Shown in pieces: positions 11,124-21,640 of a DNA stretch of 64,000 nucleotides. Location: assembly GCA_002011745.1 (NCBI GenBank), contig MTOU01000009.1, positions 71,447-135,446 of the forward strand, written 5' to 3'. How positions within the stretch are numbered: the stretch's first letter is position 1; each line of letters starts with the position of its first letter. The notes beneath the pieces were generated by a model, which was not told the origin of the DNA, ran no database searches, and saw only the letters and a list, made by a program, of their open reading frames with translations. Position numbers and translations under genes: made by a program. The DNA comes from Nitrospirae bacterium JdFR-85. GTDB lineage: Bacteria; Nitrospirota; Thermodesulfovibrionia; Thermodesulfovibrionales; JdFR-85.

Positions 11124-11834
11124 TTATTCCTCCTCTGTAAAGTAATATCCTGCGCCTCTTTTAGTTAATATGTATCGGGGGGAAGAAGGATTGTCCTCTA
11201 TCTTCTCCCTGAGTCTTCTTATATGAACATCAACAGTTCTGGGCTCTACATATACCTCATCACCCCATACCTCATCAAGCAACCTCTCTCTGGTAAAGAC
11301 CCTTCCTGGATGGGTTGCAAGATGAAGAAGCAGCCTGAACTCTCTTACACTAACCTCTAAGGGAAGTCCCCTCTTATATACCTTGAATTTTGAAGTATAT
11401 ATTTCAAGGTCTCCTTTTCTTATAACCTCTTCAGGTTCTGATGAAGAATATCCCTTTTCTACCCTTCTGAGAATAGCCTTTACCCTTGCAACAAGCTCTC
11501 TTGGACTAAAAGGTTTTGTGATATAGTCATCTGCACCAAGTTCCAGCCCCAGTATTCTGTCCACCTCTTCACCCCTGGCAGTCAACATTATTATTGGGAT
11601 TACTGATATAGTTCTATCATTCTTAACTATTCTACATAGTTCAAATCCATCCATTTCTGGCAACATAAGATCAAGTATTATAAGGTCATAGTGTTTCGTT
11701 CTAAGCTTTTTCAAGGCATCGACCCCCGTGTTAGCACTTTCTGTGCTGAAGCCAGCTCTCCTTAAGTTATACTCCACAAGCCTTACAATATCTGGTTCAT
11801 CTTCAACTATGAGTATCTTTCTTGTTATACTCAT
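11124..11834 (-). CDS. phoB: OmpR/PhoB-family response regulator
   Basis: Receiver domain (ILIVEDEPDI, DLMLPEMDG, KPF) plus a winged-helix C-terminus (VDVHIRRLREKIE, RGAGYYF). Confidence 0.85.
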   Translation of the reverse strand: MSITRKILIVEDEPDIVRLVEYNLRRAGFSTESANTGVDALKKLRTKHYDLIILDLMLPEMDGFELCRIVKNDRTISVIPIIMLTARGEEVDRILGLELGADDYITKPFSPRELVARVKAILRRVEKGYSSSEPEEVIRKGDLEIYTSKFKVYKRGLPLEVSVREFRLLLHLATHPGRVFTRERLLDEVWGDEVYVEPRTVDVHIRRLREKIEDNPSSPRYILTKRGAGYYFTEEE

Positions 11835-12592
11835 TGCTGTTGTGAGATATCTGATATATGTACCAGTTCTGCCACTACATAACCCACTACTATTTCTGTC
11901 TTAAGAAGCACAGGAATATGTCTCTCATCATCAGTGAGATATATATACACATCTCCCTTTTTATTAAATATTCCCTCTGAATGAAGCTCTGGCTTCACAA
12001 CCACTGTATTAAACTTTCCTGCCTTTGTCTTAACAACCTTTCTGCCAACCACATTTACCTTAACCTTCCATACCTTTTTACTATCAAAGATCTCTATCCA
12101 TAGAGGACCTTCCTTTATCTCTTTGTGTCTTAAAGCCAGAAAACCTGCCAGAGGATCAAGCACACCTTCTGGCACTTCAAAGAGCCTCTCTTCTTTGTTA
12201 AGGTGATCAATATACTTGGCTTTTTTCTCTTCTGGGAAAAAGACCACCTCTTTATCACGTCTGTGTCTGCCTTCACGTATCTTTATTCTATAACGATCTG
12301 CAATAAGGATGCCTGTTTCAGCCCTTTTTACTACACTCTCAGCCCGATCTTCAACCTTATAGAATAGAGAGACCCATGGTGCTGACCGTGCCTCTGAGAT
12401 GATTCTGACCTTAGTGCCTTCATCTATAAAACTCAGCTCTGCAGTGCCTGCCTTAATCCCAAGCCACTTGAGGTCATATTTAAGAACCTCTGAAGCATCA
12501 GCAGCATGAATAGAAATAAAGACACTGAAAACAAAAATTATACAGAGACCCCATCTGTTTAGTAGAAACTTCTTTATTTCAACCCCATTCAT
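11831..12592 (-). CDS. DUF3108-like secreted protein
   Basis: 253 aa with a signal peptide and a beta-rich composition. It resembles DUF3108 proteins by layout only. A 4-nt overlap couples it to phoB. Confidence 0.5.
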   Translation of the reverse strand: MNGVEIKKFLLNRWGLCIIFVFSVFISIHAADASEVLKYDLKWLGIKAGTAELSFIDEGTKVRIISEARSAPWVSLFYKVEDRAESVVKRAETGILIADRYRIKIREGRHRRDKEVVFFPEEKKAKYIDHLNKEERLFEVPEGVLDPLAGFLALRHKEIKEGPLWIEIFDSKKVWKVKVNVVGRKVVKTKAGKFNTVVVKPELHSEGIFNKKGDVYIYLTDDERHIPVLLKTEIVVGYVVAELVHISDISQQQ

Positions 12593-12765
12593 TATAATCT
12601 CCTTATATTTTAAGGTTTCTATTTTATTCTACCTAATCTATAATAAATTTCACATAACTCCTTTATTAATTAGATGAACAGAATGTCCCAAAGTGAGTAG
12701 ACATAAAGTCTGTTTAGGATAGGATTGTTGTAATAACTGCACACAAAGAGGACAATAAAACCAGA

Positions 12766-13662
12766 TTAACTAAAACAATGTCTACCAAAGGGATTTATTA
12801 TGACATCAATTGCAGAAGGTAAAATTTGTATTTCAAACCTGTGAGCAAAAAGGACCTCTCCGTCGAGATGGTAGGGCATCTCGGTATTGCATTGCAGGGT
12901 TATAGAGGAAGCCACCCTGTAATACTTCACCCCTTTGCAATCAACATGGGTGCCTCGACGTACCTTTAACAAGAGCCTGAGTCTATGCAGCAGTGGCAGT
13001 TCATCTGCTGTACATATATCAAAGAGACCATCATCTGGCAGGGCCTTTGCCGTGAGCAGAAATCCGCCCCCAAATCTTCGTCCAATACCTATGGTCTTCA
13101 GAAAGCATCTCCGTCTTTCAGTTGAGCCATCCACAGTTGAGACTACCTCAGGTGCACGGTAGAGGAAGAGGTTCTTCAGGACGCTGAGCATGTAGGACCT
13201 ACGGCTTCTGCCTCTTGCCACCTCGGAGGCAATATGGGCATCAAAGCCAAATCCCATACCATTGATAAAATACCTGCCATTGCAGACACCAATGTCTATC
13301 CTACGCGTTTCTGCACGAGTAAGGACCTGCCAGTGCTGGTCAGTATAGTTTTCTGGAAATCCCAGAAGGTGAATAAAGTCGTTTCCACTGCCTGCTGGAA
13401 CCACTCCCAGAGTAACACCCTTATTCACTATCCCGTTAACAACCTCATTAATAGTACCGTCTCCTCCAACAGCCACCACAGGATTACAGCCTCCCTCTGC
13501 CAGCATGGCAGAAAGGAGCTCAGCATGCCGGGGCTTAGAGGTCTTCACAATCTCAGCCTTTATCCCTAACCTCTGAACCTGCCTGTAAACCTCAGGGGCA
13601 GTCTCTTCCCCTCGCCCTCCACCAGCAGCAGGATTAATAACAAACCCCCACTTTCTAACCAT
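12766..13662 (-). CDS. Diacylglycerol/lipid kinase family protein (YegS/BmrU-like)
   Basis: The DAGK catalytic-domain motif VAVGGDGTINEVVNG and the downstream GSGNDF. Confidence 0.8.
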   Translation of the reverse strand: MVRKWGFVINPAAGGGRGEETAPEVYRQVQRLGIKAEIVKTSKPRHAELLSAMLAEGGCNPVVAVGGDGTINEVVNGIVNKGVTLGVVPAGSGNDFIHLLGFPENYTDQHWQVLTRAETRRIDIGVCNGRYFINGMGFGFDAHIASEVARGRSRRSYMLSVLKNLFLYRAPEVVSTVDGSTERRRCFLKTIGIGRRFGGGFLLTAKALPDDGLFDICTADELPLLHRLRLLLKVRRGTHVDCKGVKYYRVASSITLQCNTEMPYHLDGEVLFAHRFEIQILPSAIDVIINPFGRHCFS

Positions 13663-13770
13663 AGTACAGTTTCTTGTACCTACAGATATGAATATCTAAA
13701 AACTGTACTGTATCGAGACTAAATTAACACAATAAAATTTTACCATATAACTTCATTTTGGTTTTGGACT

Positions 13771-14955
13771 CTACTCCAAAAGAAAGAATTCAACAATGGC
13801 TATTATCAAAATTCCAATACATAGTGGAAACATACGACGGTAAACACCGAGCATATCTGCCTTAAAATACTCCCTTGTGAGTATGAGGCATACATGCACA
13901 GGTGAAAGAAGCACTCCCACAAATCCTGATGCAAATGCAAATGTAAAGTATGATGCTACAGGACCTGTAAGAGACAGTATCAAAGGGAAGGTGCTTCCTA
14001 CAAACCCTACTGTTATGCCTGTGAGGACACCCGTCAAAAAGGGAAGGAAAAAGACCACAGGAAGAAGGGGTATCTGATTCTCTGTAAAGAATTGGCTCAA
14101 TCTTCCTACAGCACCAGAGACTTCAAGTGTCTCCTTGAAGAGCATTACCCCCACAATTAGCACAATAACATCCTTCGAGAGACCATGTCTTATAACCCTT
14201 AGAGTATCCTTAAGGGAGTATCTGTAGTAGAACAACATTAGGATAACCATCAATAGCAGAGCATAATGGAGCTCAATATGTGTTACCATTACCAGACAGA
14301 GAAGTAGTAATATGGGAAGAAAGTTAAAGAGTCCCTTTCTTGAATCTCTTTTTTTAGATATGAAACGCCCTTTTGCATTCCCTAAGAAGAGAAAACCCGA
14401 TAAAAACATCAACAAGGCATAGGGAAGATTAATAAAGATAAATGTTCTTAACTCAATTGAGGTTATTGCAGAGGCGAGAATGATTCCAGGATAAAGAGGC
14501 AGGACAAACTCCCAAGGATGTCTATACCAGTAATTGGCAAAGGCCTTCTCCTCAGGGCTCATCTGCAGTCCTTTAGTCGCCTCATCAACCATGGGCGCAG
14601 AGAAATAGGCACCCCCAACAGAAGGGAGCATCCCTATTAGAAGAGGCATTGAGACTATCACTGCCCTCTTGTTTTTAAGAAATCCTTTCATCGCATCCAT
14701 CATCCCTTCAAGTATCTTTCTCTGCCGAAGTATCAACTCAAAAGCCCTTATGGAGGTAAGGGCAATAAGAAGTTTGTAAGTTATCTCATTTGTGATTGTT
14801 CTTCTCAGAATATCAAATAATCCCTTGAGAGGTACTAAATAGAGAATACAGACTACCCCTGCAGAGGCCAGCAGGACATATCCCACATTCCATCGTCTGC
14901 GCAGAAGCAGAAGGATAATAGCAAGTGTTAAAAGGAGCTTAAAGAGGTCTGACAT
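13771..14955 (-). CDS. DUF401-like polytopic membrane protein
   Basis: 394 aa with roughly 10 or more hydrophobic helices. Family resemblance is judged from overall layout only. Confidence 0.55.
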   Translation of the reverse strand: MSDLFKLLLTLAIILLLLRRRWNVGYVLLASAGVVCILYLVPLKGLFDILRRTITNEITYKLLIALTSIRAFELILRQRKILEGMMDAMKGFLKNKRAVIVSMPLLIGMLPSVGGAYFSAPMVDEATKGLQMSPEEKAFANYWYRHPWEFVLPLYPGIILASAITSIELRTFIFINLPYALLMFLSGFLFLGNAKGRFISKKRDSRKGLFNFLPILLLLCLVMVTHIELHYALLLMVILMLFYYRYSLKDTLRVIRHGLSKDVIVLIVGVMLFKETLEVSGAVGRLSQFFTENQIPLLPVVFFLPFLTGVLTGITVGFVGSTFPLILSLTGPVASYFTFAFASGFVGVLLSPVHVCLILTREYFKADMLGVYRRMFPLCIGILIIAIVEFFLLE

Positions 14956-15026
14956 CTTTTACAATGCTCCTTACCGAAGGTCCGGCTTTCAAAAACTTCT
15001 CCTTGCATTGTGAGGTTCGGAGAATT

Positions 15027-16727
15027 TCATTCTGAGTTGTCCCTTGTCTGTCTAATGGCATGGAGTTTCAACTGTAGGGTTCTATTCCCCTCCCAATCAT
15101 TTATCTGGGGCGTATAGACCGCATCCACGAGAGAGCAATCCTCTAAGAGACCTATTCTGTCTCCCATATCAAAACCAATGGCATCAAGCACAAGGGCATT
15201 CTCCTTTAGAAACATTTTAAGATGATTCTTGCCCACAATCCTGGGGTTTACTGCCTCAATCCCTTTTGTACCAAGAAGAGGCTCTGGATTGCCATAACCA
15301 AAGGGTTCCATACGAGTCAGCTCATTCACCAGAGAAAGGGTTACCTCTCTGAGACGTACAGAGGCATCAATCTTCAACAGTGGCACAAGCTCCTCCTCTG
15401 GAACAGCCTCTGTAATTATCTGATTCATTCTACTCTCAAAAGCCTCAATATCCGAGACCTTCAGCCTCAGTCCTGCAGCCTGTTTATGACCACCAAAGGC
15501 GATCAAAAGATCCCTGCATCTTGAGAGTCCCCTGTAAAGATCAAAAGGAGGTATGCTTCTGGCAGAACCTTTCGCCATATCTCCTTCAATATTGAATACA
15601 AAAGCTGGACGATAAAACATATCCGTCAGCCTTGAAGCAACTATACCAACCACACCCTCATGCCATCCCTCTGAGGCCACTACAATACACCTATCAAACC
15701 CCTTCCGCTTCACCATCTCCACAGCCTCTTCCATCACCTCCTCTTCTACCCTCTGTCTTCTGGTGTTTATGGTGGATAGATATTCAGCTAACTCTATAGC
15801 CTCATTGTAGCTATCAGTAAGAAGAAGTCTTATCACTCTGTTTGCATTGTCCATTCTGCCTGAGGCATTAAGCCTTGGTATAAGGGTAAAAGAAAGCAAC
15901 CCAGCAGTTACCTGCTTAACTGAAGAAACCTCCTTAAGGGCCTTTATACCGGTCCTGGGAGACTCATTTATTAGTCTAAGCCCCTCCTTTGTAATAATCC
16001 TATTGTCACCTATGAGAGGAACAAGGTCTGCCACAGTGCCAAGACAGGCAAGATCAAGGAGTCTCTGTGAGTACTCTACTCCTGCTAAGGCAATAGCCAC
16101 TTTTATAGCCACTGTAGCTCCTGAAATATTGGGTTCTGGATTAGCAGTATTACGGAGCAAGGGATTCACTACTGCATCCGCCTCTGGCACAAGAGGCCCC
16201 ATCTCACTGTCTCTCATAGGTTCATGATGGTCTGTAATTACTACGGATATCCCTCTCTCTTTTGCCCTCTTAACAGTCTCATGGGACGTAATCCCACAGT
16301 CCACAGTAACAATAACTGATGCCCCAACCTCAGTGGCATATTCCACACCTGGAGGATTAAATCCATATCCGTGCTCAAACCTGTCTGGAATAAAATAGAC
16401 CACATCCCCTCCGAGATGACTTATGGCACTAACCATAATAGCAGTAGCAGTAAGGCCATCAGTATCATAATCACCATGAACAAGAATCCTTTTGCCTGCC
16501 TTTATTGCAGAGGAGATAACCTCACATGCCCTTTTCAGATTGGGGATCTCTTGGGGGTCTTCGAGTCTATTCAGGGTTGGATCAAGAAAGGCCCTCACAG
16601 CCTCAGGAGTCTTAATTCCCCTGTTAATCAATACCTGTGCAAATGCCTCTGAAACTGATGCAGTAGATGCTAAATATCTTAAATAGCTCTCATTTGTTCT
16701 TTGAACGAACCACCTTCTATGAGGCAC
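15027..16727 (-). CDS. recJ: Single-stranded-DNA-specific exonuclease RecJ
   Basis: DHH motifs HGDYDTDG, DCG and VITDHHEP, and the DHHA1 motif GGHKQAAG. Confidence 0.9.
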   Translation of the reverse strand: MPHRRWFVQRTNESYLRYLASTASVSEAFAQVLINRGIKTPEAVRAFLDPTLNRLEDPQEIPNLKRACEVISSAIKAGKRILVHGDYDTDGLTATAIMVSAISHLGGDVVYFIPDRFEHGYGFNPPGVEYATEVGASVIVTVDCGITSHETVKRAKERGISVVITDHHEPMRDSEMGPLVPEADAVVNPLLRNTANPEPNISGATVAIKVAIALAGVEYSQRLLDLACLGTVADLVPLIGDNRIITKEGLRLINESPRTGIKALKEVSSVKQVTAGLLSFTLIPRLNASGRMDNANRVIRLLLTDSYNEAIELAEYLSTINTRRQRVEEEVMEEAVEMVKRKGFDRCIVVASEGWHEGVVGIVASRLTDMFYRPAFVFNIEGDMAKGSARSIPPFDLYRGLSRCRDLLIAFGGHKQAAGLRLKVSDIEAFESRMNQIITEAVPEEELVPLLKIDASVRLREVTLSLVNELTRMEPFGYGNPEPLLGTKGIEAVNPRIVGKNHLKMFLKENALVLDAIGFDMGDRIGLLEDCSLVDAVYTPQINDWEGNRTLQLKLHAIRQTRDNSE

Positions 16728-16739
16728 TTAAAACTCCTG

Positions 16740-17651
16740 TTATTTCTTTGTAAGAGGGCCTTTGCCCTTGAAAAGTAACACAATCGGGCTTGCCACAAAT
16801 ACAGATGAGTAGGTCCCTACAATAATACCAAGCATCATTGCAAGGGCAAAGTCATGTATCACTTCTCCTCCAAAGAAAAAGAGAGCCCCTGCAGCAAGCA
16901 GTGTGGTAATTGAGGTGATCAATGTTCTTGAGAGAACCTCATTTATACTCCTGTTTATCACCTTCTCCAGTGTCTCTCTCCTCACAAATCTGAGATTCTC
17001 CCTTATACGGTCAAAAACAACAACTGTATCAGTAAGTGAGTAACCCGCAATAGTTAAGAGGGCACTCACAAGTATAAGGTTAATCTCTCTACCCATTATA
17101 TTAAATAGTCCAAGAACTGCAAGAACATCATGGAATGTGGCAGCAGTAGCCCCTATGCTGAAACGGAATTGAAACCTCCAGGCTATATATATCAAGATAC
17201 CAATTGTAGCTGCAATTATCGCCCACATTGCATCTCTACGAAGCTTTGCACCTACCTTAGGCCCTATCTCTGTGGTAGAGTCCACTGTGATGGGATTATC
17301 CTTCATACCCTCACGGAGGGTGTTAATGATCTTTTCTGAGAGTTTCCCTAAGGTCTCTTCCTTTTTCTTGATCCTTATCAGGACTTTGTTGACTGTAGGG
17401 AAATCCTGAAGATCAAAATCCTTTATCCCTCCCTTCTCCAGAACAGAGCGGACCTCCTGGAGTGTCACAGGTTTCTGGAATTTTAGAAGCACTGCAGTAC
17501 CACCGGCAAAATCAATCCCTAAGTTGGCTGTACCATTTGCCACCTGAACAATTGCGATAATACCCAGTATCACCAGTATGCCAGATATGACTAAGGCGAA
17601 TTTTCTAAACTTCATGAAATCGATCTGTGTTTTTCTTACTATCTCAATCAT
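16740..17651 (-). CDS. secF: Protein translocase subunit SecF
   Basis: 303 aa, typical SecF layout (IDFAGGT motif, 6 TM segments), follows secD with a 4-nt overlap. Confidence 0.9.
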   Translation of the reverse strand: MIEIVRKTQIDFMKFRKFALVISGILVILGIIAIVQVANGTANLGIDFAGGTAVLLKFQKPVTLQEVRSVLEKGGIKDFDLQDFPTVNKVLIRIKKKEETLGKLSEKIINTLREGMKDNPITVDSTTEIGPKVGAKLRRDAMWAIIAATIGILIYIAWRFQFRFSIGATAATFHDVLAVLGLFNIMGREINLILVSALLTIAGYSLTDTVVVFDRIRENLRFVRRETLEKVINRSINEVLSRTLITSITTLLAAGALFFFGGEVIHDFALAMMLGIIVGTYSSVFVASPIVLLFKGKGPLTKK

Positions 17652-19267
17652 ATGCTCAGCTTCTTAACCTCCCTTCTTGAAAGAATTATGTCGAAGGCGG
17701 TCTTCGTTCCCACTAAAGCGGTAAAGAGGTTTATGGCAACACCAAGGCTGAGGGTTACTGCAAAGCCTTTGATAGGACCTGTACCAAATTGGAATAACAC
17801 AGCGGCAGTGATCAGTGTGGTCACATGAGAATCCACTATGGTCACAAATGCCTTACTATAGCCTGATTCTACAGCTGCTCTTGGCGTCTTTCCAGCCCTT
17901 AGTTCCTCTCTCATTCTTTCAAACATCAGGACATTGGAGTCCACTGCCATCCCCACAGCAAGGATGATCCCTGCTATGCCTGGCATTGTGAGAGTTGCAT
18001 TGAGAAATGCCATTGCCCCAAGAAGTAGTATCACATTGAATACCATTGCAAGGTCTGCGATCACACCTGACAGTTTATAATAAAAAATCATAAATCCTAC
18101 AACGAGTATCACTGCTATGATACCTGCCCTTTTGCCTGCTTCAATAGAGTCTCTACCAAGAGAAGGACCCACCGTCACATTCTGAAGGAGTTTTACTGGT
18201 GCAGGAAGAGCACCTGCCCTCAGAACTATTGCAAGATCTTTTGCCTCCTCTAAGGTAAAAAGACCTGTAATCTGGGCATTACCACCAGCTATCCTCTCCC
18301 TTATCACAGGGGCGGAGTAGACATTGCCATCCAGGACAATGGCAAGCCTTTTCTGAACATATTTTGCTGTCACCTCTTCAAATATCTTTGCCCCTGCACT
18401 GTTAAAAGTAAGAGACACATATGGCTCATTGAACCTTTGATCTATAGCAACCCTTGCTTCAGAAAGAAGATCACCTGTAAGAAGAACCTCCTTTTTTAGT
18501 AAGAAAGGTCTTTTTCTCACCTCACCTGTCTCTGGGTCCACAATTCTCTGAAACAGGATAATGTCATCTTCAGGTATCTTGTCTTTGAATCTTTCAAGGA
18601 ATTCTTCCTCTTCACCAGGCTTTATATATGGCGGCAATTCTGCTGCTACAGGAGATTCATCATCAACCAATCTGAACTCAAGCTGGGCAGTCTTGCCTAT
18701 CAGCTCAACAGCCCTTTTTGGGTCTTTGTATCCTGGCAGTTGCACTACTATCTCATTTGTACCTTGGCGATGTATGATCGGTTCTGCTACCCCAAATTGA
18801 TCAACTCTGTTTCGGATTGTCTCCAAAGCCTGATCCACTGCATTGTTCTTTATCCGTCTTATCTCACTGTCAGAAAGTCTGAAAATAAGGGCATCAGCAC
18901 TTGAGACCTGCTCCAAGGTCGGGAATGCGTCAATTACAGCTTTCCGGATTTTATCCTCTACAGGAGTGATTTTTATATCAAGGCCCTCAACTTTTACAGT
19001 AGCTTGCAGTTTCCTCTTTTCTAAAATGTCCTTTATCCTCTGCGCAATCCTTTCAGTGGTAATCTCCACAGCCCTTTCACCTTCAACCTCAAAGACCAGA
19101 TGCACTCCTCCCTGTAGATCGAGACCAAGGGCTATGCCCCTGTTAGGCATATTCTCCTTCCACCACTGGGGCATATACTTAAAAAGAGGGGTATTGGGGA
19201 GGAAGAATATAAATGCAAGTATGAGAGTACCCACAATTAGAGCAATCTTCCACCTGAGCCTTTTCAT
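17648..19267 (-). CDS. secD: Protein translocase subunit SecD
   Basis: 539 aa with LGLDLQGG, a large periplasmic domain and a C-terminal 6-TM bundle. Confidence 0.9.
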   Translation of the reverse strand: MKRLRWKIALIVGTLILAFIFFLPNTPLFKYMPQWWKENMPNRGIALGLDLQGGVHLVFEVEGERAVEITTERIAQRIKDILEKRKLQATVKVEGLDIKITPVEDKIRKAVIDAFPTLEQVSSADALIFRLSDSEIRRIKNNAVDQALETIRNRVDQFGVAEPIIHRQGTNEIVVQLPGYKDPKRAVELIGKTAQLEFRLVDDESPVAAELPPYIKPGEEEEFLERFKDKIPEDDIILFQRIVDPETGEVRKRPFLLKKEVLLTGDLLSEARVAIDQRFNEPYVSLTFNSAGAKIFEEVTAKYVQKRLAIVLDGNVYSAPVIRERIAGGNAQITGLFTLEEAKDLAIVLRAGALPAPVKLLQNVTVGPSLGRDSIEAGKRAGIIAVILVVGFMIFYYKLSGVIADLAMVFNVILLLGAMAFLNATLTMPGIAGIILAVGMAVDSNVLMFERMREELRAGKTPRAAVESGYSKAFVTIVDSHVTTLITAAVLFQFGTGPIKGFAVTLSLGVAINLFTALVGTKTAFDIILSRREVKKLSI

Positions 19268-19276
19268 TGTACCTCC

Positions 19277-19975
19277 TCAAGCCATTCTTGTATTATTTAT
19301 ATAGAGATTGAATTCTGCATTGAGTACTGCAGCAGCCTTACGACAGGCTATCATTCTTTGAAGAAATATTTCAAAATATTCGATAACAGGTGATATACGT
19401 GTATCTATGATAAGGGAAAGAACAATCTTTCTCTCATCAGACCTTACTGTTAGTTCAGACTCTGTGGCTGCATAATTTACTCTGTCATGGATATCTTCTG
19501 TAACCATACTCGGATTTCTCACCCTGCTCCTGTGCACATCAGATTTGTCAGCAATCACCACTGATGCAGCCACCTCATCGGGAATAGCTCCCTGGTTCTC
19601 CTCATGCACAACAATGGCAGTCATCACCTTGAGGCTCTCTTCTATACTGAATCCCACTTCCTGGAGAATCTCTTTTGCAAGCACAGCCCCCATCTTATGA
19701 TGCATCTCTCTCCCCAGCATGTTACCAATATCGTGTAGATAACCGGCTGCAGCTGCCAGGATGGCCGTCTCTTCTGGATATGCCAGATTTTTTAGAATCC
19801 TATATGCACTGTTTGAGACAATCCTTGAGTGCCTGAATCCATGTTCAGTATATCCCAGGCACTCAAGGTATTTATCAGATGCTTCAATAAATATTCTTGC
19901 CTTTTCGTTCTTGTATAGCTTTTCTATCCTGGAAGGAAGATTAATCTTCTTCTGCAGAGCTTCTGAGTGCTGCAA
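19277..19975 (-). CDS. HD-domain phosphohydrolase
   Basis: The H...HD signature (GFRHS ... YLHDIGN) and further His residues. It lies between yajC and secD and overlaps the yajC 3' end by 35 nt. Confidence 0.65.
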   Translation of the reverse strand: MQHSEALQKKINLPSRIEKLYKNEKARIFIEASDKYLECLGYTEHGFRHSRIVSNSAYRILKNLAYPEETAILAAAAGYLHDIGNMLGREMHHKMGAVLAKEILQEVGFSIEESLKVMTAIVVHEENQGAIPDEVAASVVIADKSDVHRSRVRNPSMVTEDIHDRVNYAATESELTVRSDERKIVLSLIIDTRISPVIEYFEIFLQRMIACRKAAAVLNAEFNLYINNTRMA

Positions 19976-20288
19976 TGTAGGCCTTCCCGAGTTTGATTTT
20001 TACATTCTCAGCAATCTTGAGTGTCACTGTCTTCTCCCCTACAGAATCTACCACACCATAAATACCACCTGTAGTTATAACCTTATCACCCTTCTTCAGA
20101 GACTCGATCATCTGCCGATGTTCTTTTGCTCGCTTCTGCTGAGGTCTAATAAGGAGAAAGTAAAATATGGCAAAGATTATGATCAGAGGTAAAAAGCTCA
20201 TGAAAAGCCCCTGAGCGCCTCCAGGTTGACCTCCCTGTGGCTGGGCTCCTAATGCCCATGCAATAGACTCAAACATAAACACCTCCAC
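19941..20288 (-). CDS. yajC: Preprotein translocase subunit YajC
   Basis: A single TM segment followed by IRPQQKRAKEH and GDKVITTGGIYG. Confidence 0.85.
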   Translation of the reverse strand: MEVFMFESIAWALGAQPQGGQPGGAQGLFMSFLPLIIIFAIFYFLLIRPQQKRAKEHRQMIESLKKGDKVITTGGIYGVVDSVGEKTVTLKIAENVKIKLGKAYIAALRSSAEED

Positions 20289-20374
20289 TCCATGATTAAA
20301 GGCTAAAAAGAGTAGCCTTAAGTTTTGTATTATAGTGTTTTATGCAGTCACTTTTCAATACCATAAAATTTTAC

Positions 20375-20403
20375 TTGACAGCAGTTTGTATTTATGATAT
20401 TCT
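20375..20403 (+). promoter_or_regulatory. Sigma70-type promoter candidate for the 20523 gene
   Basis: TTGACA (20375-20380), a 17-nt spacer, then TATTCT (20398-20403) preceded by TGa (extended -10). Confidence 0.45.
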
Positions 20404-20434
20404 TTATCTTATAGGTTTTGGAGGGAGAGAAGAA

Positions 20435-20512
20435 GTGGGTTGTGTATTCTTCGAAAGTTGTTATATTGAGTTTCTCTATCAACCAAATCTAAAACTAACT
20501 AAAATATCTTAG
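20435..20512 (+). CDS. Candidate 25-codon upstream ORF (GTG start) ending inside the SD of the downstream gene
   Basis: GGAGGG (20420-20425) lies 9 nt before GTG 20435. The translation is (M)GCVFFESCYIEFLYQPNLKLTKIS. The stop TAG 20510-20512 overlaps the AGGAGG SD of the 20523 gene. Confidence 0.2.
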   Translation: MGCVFFESCYIEFLYQPNLKLTKIS

Positions 20513-20522
20513 GAGGGGGCTA

Positions 20523-21614
20523 ATGATGAACAAAAAACCGTTTAGTTATTTGTATATGTCGGCTCTTGTCTTGGTGGTCCTCTTTACTGCTGCCTGTCCT
20601 TTGAAGGTTGTTAATGTAAGTGCTCCAGACATAAACTGCGTTTTTGATCCTTCATGTAGAATTACAGTAACTGACTCCTCAGCTCCTATCCCTATTCCAG
20701 CAGAAGGAACCAATTTTCTCCAAAGCAGGACATTTGTAGGTAAACCCGGCTCTCCAGCAAATGGACTATACGGCTATGAATATCGAATTGATTTGCGTAA
20801 TGCTGTAGGTATCACCTACATACCCTGCATTAGTTCAATGATAATAGAATTTGGTCCTGTAGTCAGTACCCTCGATTATGATGGAGATGGTTCCTCAGAT
20901 CAGGTATTTGTTATTACTTCTGGAGGGCTTGGAAGCATAGGACTTGCATCAGCAGACAAAATAGGTAATGAAATCACTTTTACCTTTAGTTCTCCTGTCT
21001 GTGCTGGCGGACGTCCAGGTGATGGACAAAGCACATACTTCTTTGGACTTGTTTCTACAAAACCACCAGGATTTGTTACAGCAAAGGTAAAAGAGACAAC
21101 TGGAACTGTGTACAACGTTCAGGCTCGTGCACCACAGAAGTGTGGTATCCCGCCTTATAACCCGTCTTATTGGAATGATGGTGGAACTATACAACATAAC
21201 AACAACTGTTATAATTATGCAAACAACAAGAGAACAGATACATATGCACAACCCGGCAGGGCTGCAGGTGCAATGTACAGTAACCTTACATGTACTGAAG
21301 TGTATAATGCAGCTATTGCTGATGGACTTGTACCTCTGCCAGCCTCTGGAAACTGTCCTGATGGGAAGGCAAAAATTGCCCTTTTTGTAGACCCTGGTGT
21401 GGATTATCACTGGTATCGTCTGGACAGGGGTGGAATGTGGTCTCATAAACCAGGTGCAACACAAGCAACCAACTTGGACAACTCTGGCAACCCTATCTCA
21501 AACCCCGAGACTGCAGACAGATGCGGTGACTGGTTGTGCTATACCGACTTTTGTGGCTATCTATGTTGCTGTTCTGATGAAATACAGGGACAGGGCCACG
21601 AGAACATCAATTAA
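20523..21614 (+). CDS. Secreted (possibly lipo-)protein with a Cys-rich C-terminal domain carrying a papain/transglutaminase-like Cys...His motif
   Basis: AGGAGG SD 6 nt upstream. Signal peptide ending LFTAAC. C-terminal IQHNNNCYNYA, then VDYHWYRLDRGGMWSHKPG about 65-70 residues later, then the Cys cluster CGDWLCYTDFCGYLCCC. Confidence 0.6.
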   Translation: MMNKKPFSYLYMSALVLVVLFTAACPLKVVNVSAPDINCVFDPSCRITVTDSSAPIPIPAEGTNFLQSRTFVGKPGSPANGLYGYEYRIDLRNAVGITYIPCISSMIIEFGPVVSTLDYDGDGSSDQVFVITSGGLGSIGLASADKIGNEITFTFSSPVCAGGRPGDGQSTYFFGLVSTKPPGFVTAKVKETTGTVYNVQARAPQKCGIPPYNPSYWNDGGTIQHNNNCYNYANNKRTDTYAQPGRAAGAMYSNLTCTEVYNAAIADGLVPLPASGNCPDGKAKIALFVDPGVDYHWYRLDRGGMWSHKPGATQATNLDNSGNPISNPETADRCGDWLCYTDFCGYLCCCSDEIQGQGHENIN

Positions 21615-21640
21615 GAAAATATTTGTAAGGAGGCGAAATT

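Noticed and set aside
12593-12765. A search for a second Pho box upstream of the DUF3108-phoB operon
   Set aside because: Only an isolated CTGTTCA half-site is present, with no second repeat 11 bp away, so it is not reported as a feature.
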